This document shows positions 51,885 to 64,000 of a stretch of 64,000 nt of DNA, one piece after another. Source of the DNA: Malacoraja senta (lineage: Eukaryota); contig CM075980.1 in assembly GCA_038087875.1 (NCBI GenBank), forward strand, positions 62,248,001 to 62,312,000, in the 5' to 3' direction. A model generated the notes under the pieces. That model made no database searches. It was not told the origin of the DNA and saw only the letters and a program-made list of their open reading frames with translations. The position numbers were made by a program, and so were the translations under genes. Each line of letters begins with the position of its first letter. Position 1 is the first letter of the stretch.

Positions 51885-52527
51885 TCTGTGTCACCATGAC
51901 ATTCTCCCTGATTAGTAAAGCAACTCCTCTACCTCTTTTACCTTCCTCTCTATCATGCCTGAAACATTAAAACCTGGAACTGCCAGTTTTGTCCTGCTCA
52001 CAACCAAGCCTCTGTAATGGCCACAACATCATAAAACAAACCAGTCCTCTCTCCTCATGCTCAATCTCTCCTCATAAATACCACCTCCTAGACAAGAGCC
52101 TGGTGAATCTTTCTGCTCCCTCTCTCGTGCATTCACATTCTTAATTCATGTGAATATTTCTCACCAATTTGCTGCTGGACCTTTTGTTTATGAATACTTA
52201 AACTAACATATATAATTAGAATAATGCTGTATTAATGACATTTATTAAAGTAAGATCTGTGGGTTAGCCTTGGAGGAGCTTTGGAGATAACATTGTTTGT
52301 AGGTTAAAAGTGAATGATTCGCAAACTCCTCATTAAAAATAAAATACAAACATGAGGCTGGTATCTGTGGGACCCGCTATTAATCCCCATCTGAGTCTCT
52401 CTGGACCCTTCATTAGTCTCAGCCGCAATTTCTGGAATCTCGATGAATCCCAGTGGGTTCCTCTGATTAATCTTGTATTAAATATTGTGGGACTCTTCTT
52501 TAAACACCCTACTTTAAACACCTCAGG

Positions 52528-53456
52528 AGGAGGAGCCATCTTGGGGATCAGCAGCCGTCCGTTTAATTCACTTTTTTTTTGCAGTTTTAGTGCGTCCTAT
52601 GTAGTGTCTGTGGGAGATATCGACTTTTAATGTAGGGCGAAGGGGGTAACCGTATTTCTAGGTCCCTACCTGGTCGGAGAGGCAGCCTTTTCTCCGAGCT
52701 GCCCCGTCGACCCGTCCTCGTGGCCTACCAGCGGGCATGGAGCGCTGTTTCCTGGCTTCAGTGGCGGCACAGCGCTGGAGCGCTATCGCGGAGCGGAGCG
52801 GGCGATGCCTTGCCTGGGTCGCCGTGCTTGATCGCCGCGCTGGAGCTCCGGTGAGCTGTGACCGCCGAGCTCGACACCTCCGGGCTGCGGGTCTGCGGAG
52901 AGGAGCGGGCGGCGCCGACTTTAACATCAGGAGCCTGGGAGCTCCAAACCGGCGCGCCCCTGTCGGCTTCGGAAGCCACGGACTCCGGTAGGGAATCGGC
53001 CGTTCCAGGTGGCCCAGCCGCTGAGAGGACTCTCCCGACGCCGGGGCAACAGCACCCAGTGAGAACGGCCAGGAACATCGGGCCTCCGTAGAGGCAATAG
53101 GCCTGACTTTGGGAGAACTGGGGATGGGGACTGGACATTGTGCCTTCCCCCACAGTGGTAACCATTGTGGGGGGATGATTTTTGTGTGTTGTGTCTATTT
53201 TTAGTCTGTGTCCAAGATGGCGGTCGGAAGGGAGAGTGGACGCTGGCGCGGTTTAGCTGCCGCTGCTCTCTCTTCACATTGTGTTTCTGATTTTTTTAAT
53301 GTCTTTGAATCGAATTCTCTTTAATTTGTGTATTGGTGATGTCTTTATAACTTATTTTACTCCGATTATATGTTTCTCTGTTATGTTCTGTAAGTTGTCC
53401 TTGAGACTTTTGTATAGGCGCCCACAAATAAAATGTATTATTATTATTATTATTAC
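52528..53456 (+). mobile_element. Unclassified CpG-rich retroposed repeat with AATAAA and (TAT)n tail
   Basis: Sharp compositional boundaries. 3' end ggcgcccacaaataaaatg(tat)n. It interrupts a degenerate minisatellite. Confidence 0.6.
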
Positions 53457-54252
53457 TTGATTCTTTGTGGGACCATTATTACATCAAGACCGTTGGACCC
53501 TCTATGATCTGTACCTTGACACCCGGTAGAACCCGCTATAATCCTACACTGTGACATTTAGGGCCCGGCTTTATCTCATAACAAGACCCCGTGGGACCAT
53601 TTAAAATAATAATTCCAATTAATTCTCTGTGAGAAACTGTATTAATGCCCTCCAGAAACTCCGTGGAACCCTTTAATAATCCCCCTAATTATTCCTCTGC
53701 AGATCCCTCAAATAATCGCCATTAAACTCCATGCGGGATGCTCATTTCATCTCAGATCACAACTCTGTGGGTCTCTCTATTCAATTCAGACCATGACAAT
53801 GTGAGATCCACAATTGCTTTCAGTTTGAATCTCTGTTTGACCCTCTGTTAATCTCACCACAAGGTGCCATGGAAACCTCTATTAATCCTACCCAAGACTC
53901 CTCCCAACGGGTCTCTATTACACTCAGATTGTGAGTCTGTGGGACCCTCTATTAATCTCACACAGAGATCACATTGGATCAACACATTAAGGCCCTTTCA
54001 AATCATTTGTGAATATTTCCCACCATCACTGTTGAACCTTCCATTAATGTAAAATACTCAAACTGACTGAAATGAATTTGAAAGAATACTATGTCAATGT
54101 GTGAAATCAATGAGTGAAATACAAGTGAGTGGGCCTTTGAGGAGCTTCGGAGATGCCGATAACATTGTTTTTGAATTAATACAAATTATTCAAAAACTCC
54201 TCATTAAAAATAAAATGCAAACACGAGCCTGGTATCTACGTAGGACACGTAC

Positions 54253-54356
54253 GTTCCCTGTACGGTGTACTGAAGATAAGGCCAGTGTTGTCTAAACTTC
54301 TCTTGTAGTAGCTTGAACTGAAGGGCTCTGGGTCTTCAATCCAGTCTTCAGCGGCC
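54253..54356 (-). CDS. CACNA2D2: alpha2delta-2 exon: (K)AAEDWIEDPEPFSSSYYKRSLDNTGLIFSTPYRE
   Basis: 104 nt, tttacag / gtacgt. Matches human [28 protein letters not shown]. Confidence 0.95.
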
Positions 54357-55286
54357 CTGTAAACACACATAGCTCAGTGCCAAACAAGATATATCTACCG
54401 TTGAAGATATTTCTACTCAAGAAAATTTATGATGGGAGTGAAGCGTTTTGTTCAAAGTGCCCGTGCAGTTCACAATATGCCCTGGAACACCTTGAATCCC
54501 CTGTTCATCATAGCCATGACCACGCAATCACAGAAAGCTCATACGCTGCAGAAATTCATCACTAAGTAGCAAATTTGGAAAGTTAATTCAACAAGTGAGA
54601 AAAGTTTCAGAAAATGAGTGAAATGTTATCATATTGACATGACCCAGACCCTTTTAGTGAGGGAATAAGTGGTCAAAGCTTATTTGAGACCAAATCTCTC
54701 TCTGTGCTGGATGTTATTGAAGCGTTCTGAAACACATCCCAGCACATAACACAGTTCAAGATTGATTCAACACATTAAATCAATCGACTGGATAAAAACA
54801 TGAAGTGATCCAACCATTGACTCTGCACAGAAATTAACCTTTTGTTTCCTCAGTTTTTTATTTAAGAGTTATAATTGTAGCTACAGAGGGGTGGGGAAGG
54901 GGGATTGCAACACAACTTGGGGGGGGGGGGCATTAACCAGCAGAAATTAAGAGGGCAGTGTAATTCCAAGAGAGTGTAAACTCACGGGTTATTATAAATC
55001 CATGGGGGATTGTAATTCCAAGATGGATGAGAGATTCCAGGGAGAGTGTGCCTCCTACAGGCAGTTTAATTACCAGGGCAATGCAAAGGCAGGAAAATCT
55101 TCACTCTGAGGAGCGTGCAATTTGAGGAGAACTGCCTTGAGACAGAAACCAACAGGTTGATTCTAATCAGTTGGGGTAATGGCAGATAGAATGTAATGTC
55201 AATATTTAGGTTGAGCAGGCTGGACAGGTTGAGCATGCTCAGACTCTATTTCCTGGAGCGCAGGAAGATGAGGGGTGATCTTATAG

Positions 55287-56823
55287 TAGCGTTATTACAA
55301 ATTGTTCCTATCAGCAGCACTACAGATCTGCCACTGCCTGTGCATGCGATTCCGGAGGCTTTGGGGGTGGGGGGGGGGGGGGGGGCGGGATTAAAATGCA
55401 GGTTTGTATCGGTTGTCGGAGAGGGATTTCCTCGGGCTGCTAGCTGATGAAGAAAATCGTTTGGGCTTCCGTTCCCGGTTTATTTTAAAAACATTTGCTG
55501 TACAATTTAATCGCTGCATTGAAGTTAAACTCGACTTCTAACGCCTTCAACATCACGGATCGCAATATCAGGACAAAACAAAAGGTATGTCGTTTATTTA
55601 GCATATTATCTTGCTTTTTGGCGTGGCTTCATTTTAATCTTATGATGCGAAAAATGTTATTTAGGCCCGTTACGAATCGGCCGTGTCTTGCCTGCCGATA
55701 TAGGCTTAAAATTTATGGCAACGGCAACATTCCAATCGATCACATTCCAGAAACATCCACTCTCAAGATAATCAAATTCGTTTGTTTTTTTGGACAATCA
55801 TGTTATAAGAACATCTAAATCATCTATATTTTGTGTTATTGTCTATCCATGATCAATATTTTCATACTAAATATCCACAGTACAGTTTTAGTCAGATGTA
55901 TTGTGCAAAAAATAATGATTTTGATTATCTTGAGAGTGGATGTTTCTGGATTAATTTATGGGAATTAAACATCAAATTCCTTCCATTTGACATATAAGTT
56001 CATGACAAAGTGAGATTTAAAAATCATGATATATTGTGAATTCTTGTGTGAATGGGATCAGTTTGTTATTTGTTATTTGGGTACTTAGGCTATTTAAAAT
56101 GTTTAGCCTTTTCTTAAGAAATAGATAGTTCAGATCTAGTAATTGAATTTAGATGAATTGATTGATTGATTAGATAAATTTAATTGATTTGATGAAACTG
56201 ATGAATATGATTTTTTGTTGGGTATTTACTATGTTTTAGCATTTAACTTTATCATTTCTACTTTTTTTTCTAAAACTGCAAATAATAACTTGTTTCTGTT
56301 AATGCCGTTCAGTGTTTTTTTTCTCTTTACATTTTAAACAGTTGTCTCCGAAGAAGAAATGCAAAATTGTCAATCCAAATGCCCAGCAAAAGAGACTGAT
56401 TTAGACAGCATTCGCAGAAATTATCCGAATTTGGACTATTCCGAATGTGATGATCTACAGGACATTCTTAATGGGAAAGTAGTGGGCAGAAAAGCATGTT
56501 ATGTGTGGTTTGAAGAGCAAAAACTTGTAGTTTACAATGCCAAAATTGAAAAAGTTGAGGAAAAACAAGGTGTACAGAGTTGCTTATTGGTTAAAATCTG
56601 AGGAGTATGATGATGCTACTGATTATGATATGCCAATGTACCAGCTAGCAACTGATCTTCTCCATAAAGACTTGGTCTTTTGCTTGAAATTGTAATTTAT
56701 TTACCTGTCTGTTACGGACTTACAGCATATAATACAATAATATTAAAGTTCTGATCTTGAGAATATCACATTTTTGAATTTTCAAGGCAATCTGGGTGTT
56801 TATTACTATTTACGTCACAACAG
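55287..56823 (+). mobile_element. DNA element A, copy 2 (inverted relative to copy 1), inside a CR1 3' fragment
   Basis: Reverse-complement match to about 927-2325. Flanked by CR1 sequence at about 55205-55286 and 56824-57045. Confidence 0.8.
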
Positions 56824-57229
56824 AAATATTTAATAGGAATCCGAGGGGTAACTTTTTCACACAAAGTATGGTGGGTGTATGGAATGAGCTGCTGGAGGAG
56901 GTAGTTGAGGCAGGGACTACCACAACTTTTAAAAAGCAATTAGACAGGTGTATGGACAGAACAGGTTTAGTGAGATATGGGCTAAACACAGGTGCGTAGG
57001 ACTAGTGCAGATGGGATATGTTGGTCGGAGGGGGCATGTTGGGCCACAGTTGTAGTAAATGTACTGCCATTTGTTTCTTCACTGCCGTCCATTTGTCCAC
57101 CAAACTTGGTCCGCCAAGGCCTTCTGGATCTCCCAGTTGCGAACCATTTTATGTCCTGATCCCAGTGAGGGAAATGTGAGGGTCAGTGTGCTGTAAATGA
57201 GGGTCAGTGTGTTGTTAGTGAAGATGCAA

Positions 57230-58040
57230 CTCCATTTACAAGTTTACAGATGACACCACTGTGGTGGGCCGGATCACGAACAATGACGAGACAGAGTACA
57301 GGAGGAGGGAGTAGAGAACATAGTTACCAGGTATCAGGACAACAACTTCTCCCTCAAAGTCATCAAGGTGAAGGAGCTAGTTATTGACTTCAGGAAGTGT
57401 GGTGAAGTACATGCCCCAATCAGCTTTTATGTTACTGAAGTGGAACTGGTTGAGAGCTCCATGTACTTTGGCATAAATATTACTCACAAACTGTCCTGGA
57501 CCAACCACACTGAAGCGACAGCTTCCCCAGGAAATAGAGGAAATTTGGCATGACTCCAATGACTCTTACAAACTTCTACATATGTACCATAAAAAGCATA
57601 CTGTTTGGGAACTACTTTGCCCAAGACCGCAATAAATTGCAGAGAGTTGTGGATGTAGCCCAGTCCATCACACAGGCCAGACCTCTAGACTTCATCTGAT
57701 AAATATTACCAACAATCTGTCCTGGACCAACCACATTGACATGCTGTCAAAAGAAAGCAGCCATCATAATCAAAGATATCCCATCCCAGTCATTCTTTCT
57801 TCTCTTTGTTCCTGTCACGCACAAGATACAGAAGCTTGAAAGCGTGCACACCAGACTCTCCCCCTCTGCTACCAGGCTTATGAATAGTCCTTCCAGAAGC
57901 AAGTGCACTGTCCCATTCACCTCGACCCTATTGCACTTTGTCCCTGGAACAGGAGCACTACAATATATATTCTGCACTCTGTATCTTTCCCTTTGCTCTA
58001 CCTATTGTGCTTGGGTTTGGCGTGATTGTACTTGGGTATA
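57230..58040 (+). mobile_element. Decayed Rex/Babar LINE
   Basis: KFTDDTTVVGRI, KELVIDFRK and LSWTNH motifs. Confidence 0.75.
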
Positions 58041-58084
58041 GTAATAATAATCCTAAACACAAATCTAAACCTAAACCAATGTGC

Positions 58085-58915
58085 TTTAACACAGAGAGTT
58101 AGTGTGCAGTAACTCTGAGGATCAGTCAGCATGCTGACATGAAGGGTCAGTGTGCTGCAATCCTAAGAGTCAGTGTGCCTTAACAGAGGGTCAGTGTGCT
58201 GTAACTAATGGTCAGGGTGTTGTAACTAAGGGTTGGTGTGCCTTAACTGAGGATTAATGTGCTGTAACTGTGGATCAGTGTGCTGTAACAGGAGTAGTGT
58301 AATGTAATTATGAGGATCAGTGTGCTGTAACTGAGAGTCAGAGTACTTCAATTCAGTAGAACAGTATGTTGGAATTAAGGATTATGGTGCTGTTATTCTG
58401 AGTGCCAGTCTGCCGTACCTCTGAGGATTTGAGTTAGATAATTGAGGATAGAGAGTGTGCTATCATTCTGAGCGCCATCATGCTGGAATTGAGGGTCAGT
58501 TTGCTTTAACTGATGGACTGTGTGGTGCAAGTGAGGATCAGTGTGGTGTAACTGAGCATCAGTGTGGTGTAACTGAGGGTCAGTGTGCTGTAATGGTGAG
58601 GGTCAGTGAGCTCTAGGTGAGGGTCAGAGTAGTGTAGATGAGTGTCATTGTGTGATGTAACTGAGGATCAGTGTTCTGTAATTGTGGATAGGCTGCAATT
58701 CTGAGAGTCATTGCTGGAACTGGGTATCATTGTTCTGGAACTGAGTATCGGCGTGTTGTAAACTAAGAGTTGGTGTGCTGGAACTCTGGAGATCAGTGTA
58801 TAGTGACTGAAGATCAGTGTGCTATAACTGTGGGTCATTGTGCAGTAACTTTGGGGGTCATTGTGCAGTAACTAAGGATCAGTGTGCTGTAGCTAAGGAT
58901 CAGTGTGCTGTAAAA
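58085..58915. repeat. Degenerate ~21-bp minisatellite (GAGGRTCAGTGTGCTGTAACT)
   Basis: Dozens of imperfect head-to-tail units, with two more at about 57175-57220. Confidence 0.9.
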
Positions 58916-59029
58916 GTTCATCCATAATACTGGTGTCCAAGAAGAGCAGGGTGACATTTCTGAATATCTACTGACTGATGGCACTAACATCTGTATAAGG
59001 ATATCGGTGGGAGATTTGTTGTGATGCAT

Positions 59030-59940
59030 ATCACCTGCTGCCTTTGGCAGGATCTGGACCTACTACAATTTGCTAACTCCACAACAGATCAACAGGGGAT
59101 GCCATCTCACCTGCTCACCACACTGCACCAGACCACTGGGACAAAAAGAACACGTACTGTTGTTCATCGACAACAGCTCAGGGTTCAACACCATCATCAC
59201 CTCTACACTAATCATCTAGCTCAGAGAACTGGTTTGCAATTGGTTCCTCAACTTCTTCATCAGCAGTCCACATCAGTACGAATTGGCAACAACAATTCCC
59301 TCGATAATCATGAGTACAGAAGCTGTGTGCTCAGTCCACCACTCTACTCACTCTATACCCATGACTGCGTAGCCAGACACTGGTCTGGTTCCATTGTTGG
59401 ACAAATAACAGGTAATGACAAATCAGTGTACAGAAGGGAGATTAATAATCTGATTGAATGGTACCAGAACAATAATCTTGCTCTCAACATTAGCAAGACC
59501 AAGGAGATGATAGGTAATTTCAGAAGGGGAAAGCCTCATCCAAACAGTCCCGAGAGAGTCAACAGCCTCAGGTTCTTGGGCATGCATATCTCTAAAGATC
59601 TGACGGCTCCAGCACACTGATGCAATTAAGGCTTCTCATAAGATTGAGGAGATTCGGTATATCGTTGAATAATTTATCCATCTTCTGCAGATGTTCTGTA
59701 GAGTGCATACTGACTGGCTGCATGATGGCCTGGTTAGGTCACTTGAACATCCAGGAACAAAGTAAACATTGTAAACAAAGTAAAGTGGTCAACATTGTCT
59801 GGTTTATCATGGATACGAACCTCCCCACTATCAAAGGGGTCTCCAGGAGGCTCCTCCTCAAAAGGGCAGGTAATACCATCAATGACCCACACCATCCTGA
59901 CCACAGCCTCATCTCACTATTACCATCAGGAAGAAGGCAG
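59030..59940 (+). mobile_element. Decayed Rex/Babar LINE
   Basis: CVLSPPLYSLYTHDC, NNLALNISKTKEMI and HPDHSLISLLPSGRR. Confidence 0.8.
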
Positions 59941-60194
59941 TATACATTTGTTTAATTGTTGGCAATTGGCTTCTATCTTGCAATCTGAACATTAATATTG
60001 AGGCTGAAATATGAATCCCACTGTGTCTGCTAGGAGACAGAGTTTAGCACTGCAAACAACCTCTTCATCATAAACTCAGTCTGGTCTGCGCCCAACGCCT
60101 GACTCACCTATGTAATCAACCATCAAGTGGTATGTAGAATGGAAGAAGCCTCTCATTTTACATGCATATCAATTAAAAGAAACATAATACTCAC

Positions 60195-60257
60195 TTGGCT
60201 GGAAATACTCTGGTGATTCCTCCATCTGTGGCTACGAAAACTGCAAGCAGACCCAGC
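60195..60257 (-). CDS. CACNA2D2: alpha2delta-2 exon: (T)[20 protein letters not shown](K)
   Basis: 63 nt, atttcag / gtgagt. Matches human [21 protein letters not shown]. Confidence 0.96.
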
Positions 60258-61388
60258 CTGAAATTGCGGGTTTGTGGAGGAGTCATGGGCAGATGCATAA
60301 AAGTCAGAGATTGGAAGTGACGCAGAGACAGTGAGATAGATTGAGATAGACGAGGTCAGGGAAAAGGACATGGCAACAGATGGAGTGTTCAAACATAGAG
60401 ACCCAGAATGATGAATGATTTATTGAAATAAACCATAGAGAGAGAGAGAGATATATAATATAGAGAGTGAGAAATGCAGAGACAGAGAAACACAGAAAAA
60501 CCCAGAAAGAAGGTGAAATTGGGATATAACAAGCAGAGAGGAGGGAAGAGAAAAAATTAGTTAATTGTTCAAGAAAATTTTATCCACTAATGGATTTTCA
60601 GTTCTGATAGGCTTTGACTGCTCCTGTGGAATTTTCCTGTATGGTTCATTTAAATTTCTTGCTCCAAAAGACTTTAGAACAATGCTTCCCTTTGTTGCAA
60701 TCAAAACATAGTGAACATAGTGTGAAAGTCAATCCGAGTCCAAGCCGAGGTGAACACTTTGTATCCAACAGGTCACTTATTGAAACACAGGAGGAGGCAC
60801 TTGGTCCATTAGATCCATGTAACTCCCAGCAGAGCAATTCCATCCACCCCATTTCACCCTCTTCCTTTTCCCTTCAACTTGATCCCTCGCACTTACCTAA
60901 CAATTCCTCTTTGATTCTCCTGCCACCCATTCACACTTGGGACAATTTTCTGCAGCCAATTAACTGCCGGCATGTGTTTGGGATGTGGCATGAACAGATT
61001 ATGCAAATTTATGAGAATACCCAAGGTCAGCATTGAATCCTGGTCCCTGGCACTGTAATGTGGCAGCATTTATTGCATAATTGCATAAATCCCATTCTGC
61101 TAGCAGAGAGGGAGATAGTAACTCTCAGAAATGCAGTAAGATTGGTAAGGGCCAGATCCTCACCTGTTCAACCTGTACTTGCCCAGGGCATGACAGGGAG
61201 AATCTATGCATTCCATGGCAGTCTGAGTATAACAGGCAATGATATTAATTGTCCAGGAATTGCACACAGAGAACACAATCTCCTTAGAATATTTTATCAC
61301 ACAAGGTGGTATATAAATGCAAATTGTTGCTGGTGTGTGTATACAATTTAACCTCCGATTCACTTCTGTTCAGGAATTGTGGTAGGAG

Positions 61389-62127
61389 TAGGGTTGCCAA
61401 CATTCTCAAGAGTCAAGAGTGTTTTATTGTCATATGTCCCGGACGGGACAATGAAATTCTTATTTGCTGCAGCACAACAGAATATGTAAATATTGTACAT
61501 AACAGGAAAAGAAAAAGAAAAAGTTCAATAAATAACAAATATAGTGCAAATAACAAATAATAATATAGTCTTTTGCAGTTCAGAGCTCAGAGCTTATTCG
61601 TTGTGTTTAATAGCCTGATGGCTGCAGGGAAGTAGCTGTTCCTGAACCGTGACATTACAGTTTTCTGGCTCTAACTCCCAAGTAAGGGACAAAAGGTCAA
61701 AATAAGGGACAAATTCCCGATGGCAATTCATTGACCGACTCGGCCGTGGCTGGGTGAATGATGAGTTGGCCCGGGTGCTGCACACAAAGCCCAGCCGGCG
61801 GGCCAGCTGAGGAGTTTTGGCCCGCGCGCGATGTCGCGCGCAAAGTCCAGCACCCCATCCAACTCATGAATCGATGATCGGCCATGAGAAGGAGGGGTGG
61901 TGGTGTCAGCGGTAAGCGAAGGTCGGACAGCTGGCCGGGCTGCCGACCGATGGGGCCAGGGGCGAGGCGTTGCTGCTGCACTCCATGGGCGCGGTGCTCC
62001 GACCCGACAGTCCCCTCGACCCGAGTAGTAGCAGTCAAATATGGGACAAGGACGGTCCCGTATGGGATAAACCAATTTAGCCCTATATAGGGATGTCCCG
62101 GCTAATACAGGACAGTTGGCAACCCTA
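61389..62127. mobile_element. hAT-type MITE with a nested Rex-like 3' fragment (about 61407-61668, minus)
   Basis: TIRs TAGGGTTGCCAAC...GTTGGCAACCCTA and an 8-bp TSD GGTAGGAG / GATAGGAG. Confidence 0.85.
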
Positions 62128-62325
62128 GATAGGAGCCTACTTTTGCTTAAATTCCTCCTGAGCTGCCAAATCCCCAGGGAGCTGGAACAATGCATGTTTA
62201 GTTCATTACAGTATTTCCCTTGCAGTCTCCCCTCCCTATCCTACACCACCACCATCTGATATGGTAATGAACCTGCTCCCTTCTCCTGACCTGCTTCAAT
62301 AATTTGTGCAGCATCAGGAACTTAC

Positions 62326-62416
62326 GTGTGCAAGTCGTGATTCTTCCAAACCTTCTCCACTAACTTGGCAGTGATTCCCGAATCCAAGATCAGATTGTAG
62401 ATCAAATCTGATTCAC
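62326..62416 (-). CDS. CACNA2D2: alpha2delta-2 exon, most 5' in the window: (C)ESDLIYNLILDSGITAKLVEKVWKNHDLH(T)
   Basis: 91 nt, gttccag / gtaagt. Matches human [31 protein letters not shown]. Confidence 0.95.
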
Positions 62417-63744
62417 CTGGAACATAGAGATGAGGTATGAATGTTATTCACAGGTTTCTGAACTTGGTCCTGTTGCAAACTCATGAATGACCAGATGAGC
62501 AATTTTGACCGTGTTCCTACAATAAAGATACATACATCTCTTTGAATAGTTTATAAACACCAGGTGCAGTTGACTTCACTGAAGGCACTCTCAAGAATAG
62601 GTCCCACCTAATGCAGGAGGTGCAGTCAGACCATTGAGATTTACATCTTCTTCTGAAACATTCCTGCTCTTTACCAAAAGTCTGTCTCCAGATGGAAAAA
62701 GAGAGCCTTCAAATGGTAATTTGGTGCACAAATACCAAGAGTGAGATACTCATTTAGGGGGTGCATACTTGGCTATAAAAACAAGTAATAATTGTTCACA
62801 ATGTATCATGGTGCTGATTTTGGTTAACCAGAGATATTATTGAGTCACTGCATTTGGGTCAGGTTAATTAGAAAGAGCACAGGGTTGCTGTTTTGGGTTT
62901 ACTTTAAGCAATAAATGGTGAGATAACCACCAGTGCAAGGCAGAGTCAGAGGAATACAGTATATGGAAGAGGGAATGGCCATTCCCTACTGCTTCCTTGC
63001 TAGTCAAAATGGAGCTTGTTAGATTACTCCCATTTCTCAGCTCTCAGTCTGTATCATTGGTCACGGGTCTTCCAGTTCTCCTTCAGGCATTGTTTAAACC
63101 TGGCGAGACCTCTGAATCTACCTCCCTTCCAGGTAGTGACTTCGAGACCCTGACAATACTTCAGATTTAACATTGCTTTCTTCATCTCCACGCATCTAAC
63201 ATTAATTTTCTCGTTTGTGACCTTTGCTAAGGAAATAGCTTATTTCTGTTCATCGTACAAGGGCCGCTTATCATTTTAGTAATTCTTCTAGTAATTCTTC
63301 TTTCAACTGCTTTGTTCCACAAAAGCAACCAGAGCAGTCCGTCTTCCAGCCCTGGCAATATCCTCTCACAAATCATCTGCACCCTTCTTGGTGTTATCAT
63401 ACCCATGCTGTTGTGTGGAAGTATATCAGGGTGAGCTGGGGTTACAGCCATACAAGTTAGGTTAACCAGTGACATTACAAAGGCAATTTAAGGTCATAGT
63501 TTGAGAATAAACCCTTATTTTCTTTTGTAATGAACAGGACCATGCTTGAGATTTCAGTATCAGGCCACGCTGTAGTTTTCTTGCCACACCACTGCCTCCC
63601 TAGATCAGAATTATTGATATCATTGATAACATAATAGATTCTGATGGATTATAAGTGGAAATGGCACATGTGTAATCGTAACAATATTGGGTAGGCGTAA
63701 TAACTGCACTGTACCAACGTTAAAGTATTTGGATAATGTAATAA

Positions 63745-63870
63745 AAAGGAGCTGCAGATGCTGGTGTACACACACAAAATGCTGGAGTAACTCATCAGGT
63801 CCTGCAGGATCACTGGAGAAAATGTACAGGTGACATTTCTGGTCAAGAAACGTCTTCAGACTGATTGTAG

Positions 63871-63912
<42 letters not shown>

Positions 63913-63930
63913 AGGAGGAACTGGAAGTGA
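63745..63930 (-). mobile_element. Penelope-derived short repeat with a ~40-nt G run
   Basis: Family tail, degenerate hammerhead core and poly-G at about 63872-63911. Confidence 0.65.
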
Positions 63931-64000
63931 GAAAATAAACAAGATAATTCAGGACTACCAACTCTTGCCAATGTACAGAAGCCCGCATCGGGAACACCGG

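Noticed and set aside
52658-53277. Cluster of Arg/Ala/Pro-rich ORFs or a host CpG-island promoter
   Set aside because: Lies inside a tailed interspersed repeat, and ORFs in many frames reflect GC content.
58085-58915. CRISPR array or coding repeat
   Set aside because: Degenerate contiguous minisatellite with no spacers and frequent stops.
63872-63911. Poly-G as a functional G-quadruplex element
   Set aside because: It is an expanded homopolymer within a Penelope-derived repeat. Its length is error-prone, and similar runs occur in other repeats here.
62417-64000. Next upstream CACNA2D2 exon (expected EYC...NNTEFL)
   Set aside because: No matching frame found, so it presumably lies beyond the window.

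Overview
Eukaryotic, repeat-dense vertebrate DNA. The repeat content (V-SINE/HE1-type SINEs, CR1, Rex/Babar, Penelope-like elements, an AT-rich L1) points to a cartilaginous fish, probably a skate or ray (inference). The only host gene found is the 3' part of CACNA2D2 (voltage-gated calcium channel alpha2delta-2) on the minus strand. I assembled 14 coding exons by hand (62416 down to the stop at 11375, 1283 nt, all GT-AG, all phases compatible), with a probable ~1.4 kb 3'UTR. The ORF track covers only parts of these exons. The penultimate intron is a U12-type (minor spliceosome) GT-AG intron with a competing U2-like donor 7 nt upstream. Positions 1-300 look like the CpG-rich promoter of a neighbouring gene and contain a 42-bp tandem repeat. 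The rest is layered transposable-element sequence. The most notable structures are: a 5'-truncated L1 flanked by a ~700-bp direct duplication; short Penelope-derived inserts with 14-bp TSDs carrying hammerhead-ribozyme cores, often as fold-backs; a composite TIR element with an AT TSD carrying captured repeat fragments; two inverted copies of a DNA element retaining a probable Tudor-like exon; a young teleost-like CORE-SINE; and a 76-bp spacerless palindrome. I found no prokaryotic-type system (no CRISPR, no operon). Exon and TSD coordinates were counted by hand. Boundaries of old TE fragments are approximate, and family names come from motif recognition, not database searches.
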